From Azonexus sp. (GTDB taxonomy: Bacteria > Pseudomonadota > Gammaproteobacteria > Burkholderiales > Rhodocyclaceae): DNA of 59,442 nt. The stretch's first letter is position 1, and the number at the start of each line of letters is the position of its first letter. The notes beneath the pieces were generated by a model. That model was given only the letters and a program-made list of their open reading frames with translations, ran no database searches and was not told the DNA's origin. The position numbers and the translations under genes are program-made. Below, one piece after another: positions 27,377 through 35,902 of the stretch. Location of the stretch: contig JAYRUZ010000001.1 in assembly GCA_041918795.1 (NCBI GenBank), forward strand, positions 1-59,442, written 5' to 3'.

Positions 27377-28336
27377 ATGGCAGACAAAACCGGAATCGAA
27401 TGGACCGACGCAACCTGGAACCCTGTTACCGGGTGCGCAAAGGTCAGCCATGGCTGCAAGCACTGCTATGCCGAGCGTGAGTGGCCACGTATGACCAAGC
27501 TGGTGCCGGCCTACGCTGGGCGTGAATTCACTGACGTGAGGACGCACGAAGACCGTTTGACTCAGCCGATGCGCTGGAAGCGGCCGCGCATGATCTTCGT
27601 GAATTCGATGTCGGACCTGTTCCACCAGGATGTGCCGTTCGATTTCATCGATAGCGTTTTCTTCGCGATGGAGCTCTCGCCGCAGCACGTTTTCCAGGTG
27701 CTGACGAAGCGGCCGGATCGGATGCGCGAGTACATGAAATCGCGGTTCAGCTATCGCGATCCGCTGCCGAACGTCTGGCTCGGCGTCAGCGTTGAGGATC
27801 AAGCTGCTGCAGACGAGCGCATTCTATTGCTGCTCCAAACGCCTGCCGCCGTGCGCTGGATCAGCGCCGAGCCACTACTTGGGCCGGTGCGCTTAAGCGG
27901 TCTGTTCGGCCTAATAACCGATGACGAGGATGTCAGGATAGACGCGCTCAACGGGAATTTTGTAACTAGCCGGTACCAAGAAGAGCCGACTCCGCTCGGC
28001 GCTCGCCTTGATTGGGTCGTCGTTGGCGGCGAGTCAGGGCCGAAGGCGCGGCCGATGCATCCACAGTGGGCGCGAGATCTGCGCGACCAATGCGCCGCTG
28101 CTGGCGTGCCGTTCCTGTTTAAGCAGTGGGGCGAGTGGGGCAACGACGGGCGCATTCCGATGCTCGTTTCGATTCACGAACAGAGCCACTTCCTAACCTT
28201 GGACGGGAAGCAATGGACCGGACCATCGCAATCCTGCCCTAAGGGAACTGCCGCAATGCTCCGAATTGGGAAGAAATCCGCCGGCCGACTGCTCGATGGC
28301 GTGCAACACGATGGCTATCCGGTAGGTGCGCAATGA
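27377..28336 (+). CDS. Phage Gp37/Gp68 (DUF5131) family protein
   Basis: IEWTDATWNPVTGCAKVSHGCKHCYA, FVNSMSDLFH, LTKRP, GGESG, FKQWG. Confidence 0.93.
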   Translation: MADKTGIEWTDATWNPVTGCAKVSHGCKHCYAEREWPRMTKLVPAYAGREFTDVRTHEDRLTQPMRWKRPRMIFVNSMSDLFHQDVPFDFIDSVFFAMELSPQHVFQVLTKRPDRMREYMKSRFSYRDPLPNVWLGVSVEDQAAADERILLLLQTPAAVRWISAEPLLGPVRLSGLFGLITDDEDVRIDALNGNFVTSRYQEEPTPLGARLDWVVVGGESGPKARPMHPQWARDLRDQCAAAGVPFLFKQWGEWGNDGRIPMLVSIHEQSHFLTLDGKQWTGPSQSCPKGTAAMLRIGKKSAGRLLDGVQHDGYPVGAQ

Positions 28337-28473
28337 CCCCCGCCACCAAACGCGCCATCTTCCCGCTCAGCGCCCCGCGCTGGCAGACCTACGCCTTCTG
28401 GCCGTGCCATGTCTGGACTGCTGCGGTGCACGGCTATTACGAGGCATTTTTCGCGGTGCTGCCCCGTGAATAA
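28333..28473 (+). CDS. Possible 46-aa protein
   Basis: ATGA overlap with the upstream stop; MTPATKRAIFPLSAPRW...LPRE overlaps the next start. Confidence 0.4.
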   Translation: MTPATKRAIFPLSAPRWQTYAFWPCHVWTAAVHGYYEAFFAVLPRE

Positions 28474-28924
28474 GATCCGCAAACAAGGCCTCATTCGTAT
28501 GGTGCATGCCATCTGCGGCAAGAAGGGGCTCGGCCTGTCCGAGGATGATCGCCACGCGCTCCAGCTGCAGGTCACTGGCGAGGTCAGTCTCTCTGCCATG
28601 ACATTGCCGCAGCTCGAAGACCTGGTGCGTCACTTGCGCCGCCTGCAGAAGGCGAGCGGCCAAGCGGCGAGCCCCGCTAACGAGTGGCGCTTCGTCTTCG
28701 GCCTGCCGCCGGAGCGCAAGAGCTACGCCAAGAAGATATTCCGCTTGGCCGAGCGCATCGGCGCCATGCAGCAACCGCCCGTGCCGGTCATGAGCAAGGC
28801 CTACATCGAGGGCATCACCGCCCAGATGCGCGGCGCCGATCAGCCGCTGGAATTCTGCGACTGCGAGCAGCTGCACAAGGTGATCCAGGCGCTCGAAGTG
28901 TTTGTTAAACGGCACGGAGGCTGA
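28466..28924 (+). CDS. GemA / Mu gp16-like (DUF1018) regulator
   Basis: LGLSEDDRHAL...TGEVSLSAMT..QL pattern; directly upstream of the mor-like gene. Confidence 0.8.
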   Translation: MNKIRKQGLIRMVHAICGKKGLGLSEDDRHALQLQVTGEVSLSAMTLPQLEDLVRHLRRLQKASGQAASPANEWRFVFGLPPERKSYAKKIFRLAERIGAMQQPPVPVMSKAYIEGITAQMRGADQPLEFCDCEQLHKVIQALEVFVKRHGG

Positions 28925-28925
28925 G

Positions 28926-29339
28926 ATGGCATTGCCGGGAAACGCTCAACTCATTGTTGATGGTATCGGCTTCAATGCGGCAATGGCTTTCATTCGCGAG
29001 ACTGGCGGCCGCCACTTTCGTTTTCCGGTAGGAAAAGGTTCGGCGCAGTGGGAGCACCTGGTCGAGCTGGTCGGCGAGAAGGCAGCCGAAAAGCTGATTC
29101 GTCTGTTTGGCGGTACCGACATGTACATCCCGTGCTGCTATCGTGCCATCAAGGCAGAGCGTAACCGGCGGCTGGTCACTCGCTATGAGTCACTACTCAA
29201 ACAGAACTACAGTGCGCGGGGTGCGGTCGATATCCTGGTGCCTGAATTCGGTATCTCAAACCGCATGATCTTCATCATCGTGAACGGCCCAGCCCCGGCG
29301 CAGATGCCGGAGATGGCGGAACAAGGGCAGTTGTTCTAG
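28926..29339 (+). CDS. Mor/C family transcription activator
   Basis: LIRLFGGTDMYIP...RNRRL...C-terminal HTH. Confidence 0.85.
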   Translation: MALPGNAQLIVDGIGFNAAMAFIRETGGRHFRFPVGKGSAQWEHLVELVGEKAAEKLIRLFGGTDMYIPCCYRAIKAERNRRLVTRYESLLKQNYSARGAVDILVPEFGISNRMIFIIVNGPAPAQMPEMAEQGQLF

Positions 29340-29399
29340 GTGGTGATATCTATAGGGAGCGAAGATTAGAATCTCAAATTCCTGCCGAAAGGAACTGCA

Positions 29400-29687
29400 A
29401 TGCTTAACACTGAGATCGAAAAATTTGAACAATGGGCAAAAACCAGCGGTCAGTTTTCGGACCTATCTCGGTCCGGAAGTGGATTTTTAAGGCCGCAAGT
29501 GCAGTTGTCATGGATGACATGGCAGGCTGCGGCAGGCTCAGCATCAAAGGATGAGCGTATTGCCTGTGCGAAGATAGCTTCCGATGAAGCAGAAGAGCTG
29601 AGCGACTCGACGTCGTACGCAGATCTGGTGGCAGCTGGAATAGCCGAAGATATCGCATCAAAAATCCTCAATCGGCCTTGCACATGA
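29400..29687 (+). CDS. Accessory hypothetical protein (moron-like)
   Basis: 95 aa, AAGGA RBS, lower GC, followed by a terminator. Confidence 0.65.
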   Translation: MLNTEIEKFEQWAKTSGQFSDLSRSGSGFLRPQVQLSWMTWQAAAGSASKDERIACAKIASDEAEELSDSTSYADLVAAGIAEDIASKILNRPCT

Positions 29688-29704
29688 TTTAAAGTGGCAC
29701 ATGG

Positions 29705-29731
29705 AAAAACCCTGCTTCGGCGGGGTTTTTT
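29705..29731 (+). terminator. Intrinsic terminator ending the early/middle transcript
   Basis: AAAAACCCTGC-TTCG-GCGGGGTTTTTT. Confidence 0.88.
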
Positions 29732-29744
29732 ATTGCCAGATGCC

Positions 29745-29795
29745 AAAGCGTTGAAATTGTTCATCCTGCTGAGGCTCTGGCCTGCGCCGTACCCT
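29745..29795 (+). promoter_or_regulatory. Putative activator-dependent late promoter (lysis/packaging operon)
   Basis: AAAGCGTTGAA-ATTG-TTCATCCTGC, 20 nt, then TACCCT. Confidence 0.78.
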
Positions 29796-29802
29796 GCGGG
29801 GC

Positions 29803-29988
29803 ATGAACTGCCACGCCTGCACTCACTATCAATCGACCGCTGAAGCGCTGAAGCCGCGCCCCGGCCTGGACGGCTACGGCTATTGCAAATCCGCGCCGAC
29901 GATTGAGCTGCGCGCCCGCATGTTCCATGAAAACTCGCCGTGCTGGCTGACGCCGCCGGCTTTCAAGGAGCGCAGCCATGTCCGGTAA
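29803..29988 (+). CDS. Small four-Cys protein, probably leaderless
   Basis: CHAC...GYC...C; ATG 7 nt after the predicted -10. Confidence 0.6.
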   Translation: MNCHACTHYQSTAEALKPRPGLDGYGYCKSAPTIELRARMFHENSPCWLTPPAFKERSHVR

Positions 29989-30529
29989 TTCCCTGCGCGT
30001 CAGCATTGCCGCGCTGATTCTCTCGGCCGCTGGGTTCTCATTTATCGCCCTGGACGAAGGCTATGCACCGAAGGCGGTGCCGCCGGTGCCTGGTGATGTG
30101 CCGACCTACGGCCTGGGCAGCACGACACACGCCGACGGCAGGCCGGTCAAAGCCGGCGAGACCATCACGCCGCCCGAGGCGATCCAGCTGGCCGTGCGCG
30201 ATATCAGCGTCAAGGAAGCGGCGCTGAAGCGCTGCATTCCGGCCGAGGTAAAGCTCACCCAGGGCGAGTACGACGCGATTGTCAGCCTGGCTTACAACGT
30301 CGGCGCCGGCGCGGTCTGCGCCTCGTCGATCCCGCGCAAGCTGGCGGCCGGCGACTACGCAGCCGCCTGCGCAACCTTCCTCGAATTTGTTTGCGGGCCG
30401 GCGACAGCGGCGACTCGCGCAAAGCCTGGAGAGCGCTGCTATTCAGAGAAAAAACCGTTGCGTTTTATTCAAGGCCTGAGCAATCGCCGCCAGCGCGAAT
30501 ACGCGCGCTGCATGGGAGGGCAATCATGA
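29978..30529 (+). CDS. SAR-type endolysin (GH24 lysozyme)
   Basis: N-terminal weakly hydrophobic helix followed by EG, GDVPTYGLG, YDAIVSLAYNVG, GLSNRR. Confidence 0.9.
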   Translation: MSGNSLRVSIAALILSAAGFSFIALDEGYAPKAVPPVPGDVPTYGLGSTTHADGRPVKAGETITPPEAIQLAVRDISVKEAALKRCIPAEVKLTQGEYDAIVSLAYNVGAGAVCASSIPRKLAAGDYAAACATFLEFVCGPATAATRAKPGERCYSEKKPLRFIQGLSNRRQREYARCMGGQS

Positions 30530-31032
30530 GCGGGTATGCAAAAGCAGCGGCCTGCGCGATCGCCGCCGTCCTCCTGATCGGTGCCGGCTGGAAGGTCGAA
30601 GGCTGGCGTGCCGCCAAGGCCGCCGCCGAGCGCGAGCAGGAAATCGCCCAGGCCGAAGCACGCGGTGCCCAGTCCAATCTGGCCAAGGTGGTTTCCGCTA
30701 ACGCTCGCTCCGACAAGCTGCAGGCCGCTCTAACGGCCAAGGAAGCCGCCCTCGACCAACTCACCCAGGAGAAAAACGATGCAATCCGCCGCCTCACTAC
30801 TGGCCGTCATTGCCTTAGCAGCGCTGCTGTTCGGGTGCTCAACCAATCCGTCGGCCAAGGCATCCAGCCAGGGGCTTTACCCCAAGCCGTCAGCGAGCCT
30901 GTATCAACCGATGCCGCCTTTGCCACCGATACCGATGTCGGGCTCTGGATCGGCCAGTGCCAGCGCGGCTATGACACCTGCCGGGGCCGCCTCCAAGCCA
31001 TCCACGATTTCTACGAAGGCGAGCAAGAGTGA
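30526..31032 (+). CDS. i-spanin (Rz-like)
   Basis: N-terminal TM plus coiled coil, directly after the endolysin. Confidence 0.7.
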   Translation: MSGYAKAAACAIAAVLLIGAGWKVEGWRAAKAAAEREQEIAQAEARGAQSNLAKVVSANARSDKLQAALTAKEAALDQLTQEKNDAIRRLTTGRHCLSSAAVRVLNQSVGQGIQPGALPQAVSEPVSTDAAFATDTDVGLWIGQCQRGYDTCRGRLQAIHDFYEGEQE

Positions 31033-31036
31033 ATAA
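30779..31036 (+). CDS. o-spanin (Rz1-like lipoprotein) overlapping the i-spanin in another frame
   Basis: Lipobox LLFG-C, Pro-rich mature part, AGGAG upstream. Confidence 0.6.
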   Translation: MQSAASLLAVIALAALLFGCSTNPSAKASSQGLYPKPSASLYQPMPPLPPIPMSGSGSASASAAMTPAGAASKPSTISTKASKSE

Positions 31037-31238
31037 GAACAAGCGCCAGGACTGCCTGGCCGAACTGGGTCGCGCCATGCAGCCGGCCGAGGCAGGTGAT
31101 AGCGCCCGCCGCTGCATGGATTGCGACACGCCGATCCCGGCCGATCGCCTGCAGGCGGTGCCGGATGCGACGCGCTGTATCGACTGTCAACGCGACATCG
31201 AGCGCAGCGCGCAATGGGACTGGGGGATGGCGGAATGA
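31029..31238 (+). CDS. TraR/DksA C4 zinc-finger protein
   Basis: CMDCDTPIPADRLQAVPDATRCIDCQ. Confidence 0.9.
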   Translation: MNKNKRQDCLAELGRAMQPAEAGDSARRCMDCDTPIPADRLQAVPDATRCIDCQRDIERSAQWDWGMAE

Positions 31239-31564
31239 TCGACTTCGATATCAAGGCATGGCTTCAGTTGCTCAACATGGTGGGCACGTTTGCGATTGGC
31301 GCGTGGATGTATCTCGAAAAGCGCAACGACAAAACCAATGAGCGAATTACTGACCTCGCCACCAAGATGGAAACGCTAGACAAGGATGTATCAGCCTTGA
31401 AAGCGGCTTCGGAGATCGCGCCGAATCATGCCGACCTGGCCAAGGTGTATGAGTCGGTCAATCAGCTATCTGCCACCGTCAATCAACTGGTCGGCGAAAA
31501 CCGGGGGCAGAGCGACACGCTGCGCTTGATCCTCAACCAGATAACGCAGAAAGGGATGAAATGA
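31235..31564 (+). CDS. Mu gp25-like (DUF2730) membrane protein
   Basis: N-terminal TM plus coiled coil with the PNHADL motif; Mu synteny. Confidence 0.7.
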   Translation: MIDFDIKAWLQLLNMVGTFAIGAWMYLEKRNDKTNERITDLATKMETLDKDVSALKAASEIAPNHADLAKVYESVNQLSATVNQLVGENRGQSDTLRLILNQITQKGMK

Positions 31565-31857
31565 ACACTGCGAGCGATGCAGCAATCACTGCCGGCCGCC
31601 GCCTGCAGATCCTGACCGCACTTTCCCTGCGGCCGCAATATCGTGCTGAACCGCGCAATCTGCGGCAAGAGTTGGAAGTCACCGGCTACCCGATGACGCT
31701 GACCAAACTGGCGGTCGAGTGTGCCTTCCTGGCCGATCTTGGCCTGGTTGATGCACCTGACAACGGACTCATTCGTTTGACCGATGACGGCTTGTCCGTA
31801 GCGCGTGGATTGATCCGTTTGCCTGGTATTGGAACGCCGGAGCCGGGAGCACTCTGA
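31561..31857 (+). CDS. Mu gp26-like wHTH protein
   Basis: RRLQIL...FLADLGLV...LTDDGLSVARG...PGI. Confidence 0.8.
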   Translation: MNTASDAAITAGRRLQILTALSLRPQYRAEPRNLRQELEVTGYPMTLTKLAVECAFLADLGLVDAPDNGLIRLTDDGLSVARGLIRLPGIGTPEPGAL

Positions 31858-32405
31858 TGGCTCGCAAATCGAAAATTAACGACCTGCCGGCCGATGTTCT
31901 GGAAGAACTGAATGCCCAGCTGATCAGCCGGGGATTCAACGGTTACGAAGAGCTGGCGGCCTGGTTGAAAGGGCGTGGTTTCGATATCGGCAAGAGTTCG
32001 GTGCACCGTCACGGGCAGGCGCTTGAGGCGGAGTTTGAAGAGGCAATGGCCGATGCTCGGCGCACTCGCGCACTTGCCAGGGCTGCGCGTGAGGCTGGCG
32101 ACGACAGCGACGATTCGCTAATGGCAGCAGCCTCGGGAATCATGCAGGACAATCTGCTGCGCGTTTCGCTTGAGGTCAAGCACGCCGATGATGATGTGGC
32201 CACGAAGGCAAAAACCCTTTCGCAGATCGCAAGGGCATTTTCTGATGTTGGGCGCCTCGATATCGCCCGTCAGAAATGGCAAGAGGAATTGCAGGCCAAG
32301 GCCCAGGCGACTGCTGAAAAGGTTGAAAAGCTGGCGAAGAAAGGCGGCATGTCGGCAGCCACGGTGGATGAGATCAAGCGCTCTATTCTGGGGATTGCAG
32401 CGTGA
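31857..32405 (+). CDS. Small terminase (Mu gp27 / DUF3486)
   Basis: MARKSKINDLP...GKSSVHRHG...ILGI. Confidence 0.88.
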   Translation: MARKSKINDLPADVLEELNAQLISRGFNGYEELAAWLKGRGFDIGKSSVHRHGQALEAEFEEAMADARRTRALARAAREAGDDSDDSLMAAASGIMQDNLLRVSLEVKHADDDVATKAKTLSQIARAFSDVGRLDIARQKWQEELQAKAQATAEKVEKLAKKGGMSAATVDEIKRSILGIAA

Positions 32406-32878
32406 AGAAAACAAAGAGCGTTGAGTGGTACACGCCGAAATGGGTCTTTGACGCTCTAGGACTCAGTTTTGATCTTGACCCGGCGAGTCCGCACGACTTT
32501 GAAACTGCGGTACCAGCCGAACTGAAATATACGGTATTCGATAACGGTCTAAAAAAACCTTGGAGCGGTCGCGTCTGGATGAATCCGCCGTATGGTACCG
32601 ACACGGGCATATGGGTTAGACGCTTGGCCGATCATGGGGACGGAATCGCGCTAGTGTTTAGTCGCACCGATGCCAGTTGGTTTCAGGAGGCGCTGAAATC
32701 GGCAACAGCTGTACTTTTTATAGCTGGCCGCATTCAATTTGTTGCCGGACTCGAAAATCAGCATAAAAAGAGCCGCTGCGGTGCAGCTAGTGCTCTGTTT
32801 GCTTTTGGTCACGAATGCGCCATAGCCCTTCGAAATATGGCTGATCGTGGCGTATACATAGATCTCAGCGGTGACTGA
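32402..32878 (+). CDS. Phage N6-adenine DNA methyltransferase
   Basis: EWYTP, FDLDPA, WMNPPY, RTDASWFQ, GRIQF; lower GC. Confidence 0.88.
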   Translation: MKKTKSVEWYTPKWVFDALGLSFDLDPASPHDFETAVPAELKYTVFDNGLKKPWSGRVWMNPPYGTDTGIWVRRLADHGDGIALVFSRTDASWFQEALKSATAVLFIAGRIQFVAGLENQHKKSRCGAASALFAFGHECAIALRNMADRGVYIDLSGD

Positions 32879-34493
32879 TGTGAAACTCCGCCCAGAAACC
32901 GTCGCCACCCCGCGCCTTAGCCCCCTGCAGGCAGATCTCGCTGGTCTGCCGGAAGACGCACCGCCGACCGCGCTGCTCAAATACCAGCAAGACTGGATCG
33001 CCGACGATTCGCCGCTGAAGATCGCCGAGAAGTCGCGCCGGATCGGTCTGACCTGGGCGGAGGCAGCCGACAACGTGCTGATCGCCTCCAGCGAGGGCGG
33101 CAGCAACGTCTTCTACATCTCCGCCACGCAGGACATGGCCATCGAGTACATCGAGGCCTGCGCCATGTGGGCGCGGCACTTCGACATGGCCGCCGAGGCC
33201 ATCGAGGAAGGCATCTTCATCGACGACGACGGCCGGGAGATCAAGACCTACAAGATCGACTTTCCGAAGACTGGCAAGCGCATCGTGGCGCTCTCCAGCC
33301 GGCCGGCGAACCTACGCGGCAAGCAGGGCGTCGTGGTGATCGACGAGGCGGCCTTCGCGCCGGACCTGGAAGGCCTGCTCAAGGCCGCCATGGCCATGCT
33401 GATGTGGGGCGACAAGGTGCGCATCATCAGCACGCACAACGGCGACGACAACCCGTTCAACGAGCTGATCAACGAGGTGCGCGCCGGCAAGCGCGGCGGC
33501 AGCGTGCATCGCATTACCTTCGCCCAGGCCGTAGCCGACGGTCTGTTCCGCCGCGTCTGCCTGCGCAAGGGCGTTGCCTGGACGCAAGAGGCCGAGGATG
33601 CCTGGGTGGCGGGTGTGCGCAAGTTCTACGGCGACGACTCGGCCGAGGAGCTGGACGTAGTGCCGGCACAAAGTGGCGGCGCCTTCCTGCCGCTGGCGAT
33701 GATCGAATTGCGCATGGGCGATGGCGTGCCGGTGGTTCGCGCCAAGTGGAAGCCTGATTTCAGCTTGTTGCCTGAGCCGACGCGTAATGGCGAGGTGGCT
33801 GCCTGGTGCCGCGAGGTGCTGTTGCCGATTCTCGAAGCACTGGACAAGGACCGAGCGCACGGCTTCGGCCAGGATTTCGCGCGCGTCGGCGACTTGACGG
33901 TGATGACCGTGCTGGAAGAAGGCATCGATCTGGTCTGCCGGCCTCGCCTGGTCGTCGAATTGGCCGGTTGCCCGTACAAGCAGCAGGAACAGATTCTCGA
34001 CTTCATTTGCGACCGCCTACCGCGCTTCCGCAAGGGTGCGGCCGATGCAAACGGAAACGGTGGCCAGATCGCCGAGCATGCGGCCGATCGCTATGGCCAC
34101 TATCGGTTTGAGCAGGTGCATCTGACCGAGAAGTTCTATATGGAACAGATGCCAAAATTCAAGGCGCACATGGAAGACGGCGATCTGGACGGCTTGCCGC
34201 GCGATGAACAATGCCGTGACGACCTGCGCGCGATCAAGAAGATCGGCGGCATTCCGAAAATCCCCAAAGCCAAGACGCAGACCGGCGACGGCCCAAAGCT
34301 GCAGCGCCACGGCGACTTTGCCATCTCGCTTTTCCTGGCCGACTGGGCAATGCACCAGGAAGCCGAGCCAGCTGCTGGTGAAAATGTTTCGCCGAACAAC
34401 GCCGGTCAGTTCCAGCCGGAAACCCAGCTGTTGCAGGCGCGCCGGGCGCTGCTTTCCCGGCCGTACAGCCATTCCTTATTCAATCGCCGATAA
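32871..34493 (+). CDS. Large terminase (Mu gp28-like)
   Basis: KSRRIGLTW, VIDEAAF, ISTHNG, GQDFAR, HGDFA. Confidence 0.93.
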   Translation: MTDVKLRPETVATPRLSPLQADLAGLPEDAPPTALLKYQQDWIADDSPLKIAEKSRRIGLTWAEAADNVLIASSEGGSNVFYISATQDMAIEYIEACAMWARHFDMAAEAIEEGIFIDDDGREIKTYKIDFPKTGKRIVALSSRPANLRGKQGVVVIDEAAFAPDLEGLLKAAMAMLMWGDKVRIISTHNGDDNPFNELINEVRAGKRGGSVHRITFAQAVADGLFRRVCLRKGVAWTQEAEDAWVAGVRKFYGDDSAEELDVVPAQSGGAFLPLAMIELRMGDGVPVVRAKWKPDFSLLPEPTRNGEVAAWCREVLLPILEALDKDRAHGFGQDFARVGDLTVMTVLEEGIDLVCRPRLVVELAGCPYKQQEQILDFICDRLPRFRKGAADANGNGGQIAEHAADRYGHYRFEQVHLTEKFYMEQMPKFKAHMEDGDLDGLPRDEQCRDDLRAIKKIGGIPKIPKAKTQTGDGPKLQRHGDFAISLFLADWAMHQEAEPAAGENVSPNNAGQFQPETQLLQARRALLSRPYSHSLFNRR

Positions 34494-34504
34494 ACGAGGG
34501 CGCC

Positions 34505-35902
34505 ATGGGCATTTACGACCGTATCAAGGAGTTTTTCTTTCCGCTGCGCGAAGCGGCCGGCGCCAGCGTCGAAGACGAAGATGAAGGCTGGCGCCGCCTG
34601 ACCGGCGACAGTAATCGCGATCTGGCACCGGTCACGCAAAAACGGGCGCGCGAGATTTCCACCTGGTTGTGGCAGGCCAACCTGCTCGCCAATCGCATCA
34701 TCGAACTGCCGATCGCCTTTCTGCTGGCCGATGGGGTAAAGCTCACCGCCACCGATCCGGAAGCCAAAGAGGCGCTGACGCGCTTCTGGATGGACCCGAT
34801 CAACTCGATGGACCTCAAGCTGGAGAAGAAGGTGCGCGAGCTGGCCTTGTTCGGCGAGCAGTGCTACCCGGCCTTCGTCAATGAAATGTCTGGCCACGTT
34901 CGCCTCGGTTATCTCGACCCGGCACTGATCGAGACGGTGGTGGTCGATCCGGACAATCCGGAGCAGCCGATCGGCATCGTCACAGTCCGCGACAAAAAAG
35001 GTGTTGCACGGCGTTATCGGGTCATTCTGAACGGAGATGAGAGTGATCTATTCAGTCAGCGCACTCAGGAAATCCGTGCCACCTTCGCCGACGGGGACTG
35101 CTTCTATTTCTGCATCAACAGCCTGAGCAGCGGCGTGCGTGGGCGCCCCGATCTGCTGGCCAGTGCCGACTGGCTCGATGTCTACGACGATTTCATGTTC
35201 GGCGAGCAGGACCGCCTGCGCTACCTGCGCGCTTTTGTCTGGGATGTGACGCTAAAGGGAGCGAACCCCGAATCCGTCAAGGAGCGCGCCAGACAGATAC
35301 AGCCGCCGGCGCCGAACTCGGTCAACGTGCACAACGACAGCGAAACCTGGACTGCCGTGACGCCCGGCCTGCAGTCGGCCGACACCTCGGAATCGGCTCG
35401 CCTGCTGCGCAACCATGTTCTTGGCGGCGCCACACTACCCGAGCACTGGTTTGGCGGCGGTGGCGACGTCAATCGCTCGACTGGCGAGAGTATGGGCGAC
35501 CCAGCATTCAAGATGATGAGCATGCGCCAGCGCACGATCAAGTACATCCTGGAGACCATCGGCAATTTCGTCATTCGGCAGAAATTCAAGGCCAATCAGG
35601 TGGCCTACGATGCCGCCGAGACCACGACGATGGCCGAGGCGACCTTCCCGGAAATGATCGCTCGCGACACCACGCGTTACGCCACGGCGCTGCAGCAGGT
35701 GATCGCCGGTGCGGCCATGGCGGTGGATCGTAAATTCATTTCCTCCAAGCTGGCGGTACGGCTGATCGCCGCGATCGCCTCGCAGCTCGGCGTCGAGATC
35801 GATGCCGATGAGGCCTTGTCCGAGGCGATGATCGATGCCGGCAAGAAGGCCGAGCAGGATGTCTTCGTCGATCCGCTGGCCAAGGACGATCCTGCCGAAT
35901 GA
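34505..35902 (+). CDS. Portal protein
   Basis: 465 aa between TerL and gpF; LALFGE, LPEHWFG motifs. Confidence 0.85.
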   Translation: MGIYDRIKEFFFPLREAAGASVEDEDEGWRRLTGDSNRDLAPVTQKRAREISTWLWQANLLANRIIELPIAFLLADGVKLTATDPEAKEALTRFWMDPINSMDLKLEKKVRELALFGEQCYPAFVNEMSGHVRLGYLDPALIETVVVDPDNPEQPIGIVTVRDKKGVARRYRVILNGDESDLFSQRTQEIRATFADGDCFYFCINSLSSGVRGRPDLLASADWLDVYDDFMFGEQDRLRYLRAFVWDVTLKGANPESVKERARQIQPPAPNSVNVHNDSETWTAVTPGLQSADTSESARLLRNHVLGGATLPEHWFGGGGDVNRSTGESMGDPAFKMMSMRQRTIKYILETIGNFVIRQKFKANQVAYDAAETTTMAEATFPEMIARDTTRYATALQQVIAGAAMAVDRKFISSKLAVRLIAAIASQLGVEIDADEALSEAMIDAGKKAEQDVFVDPLAKDDPAE

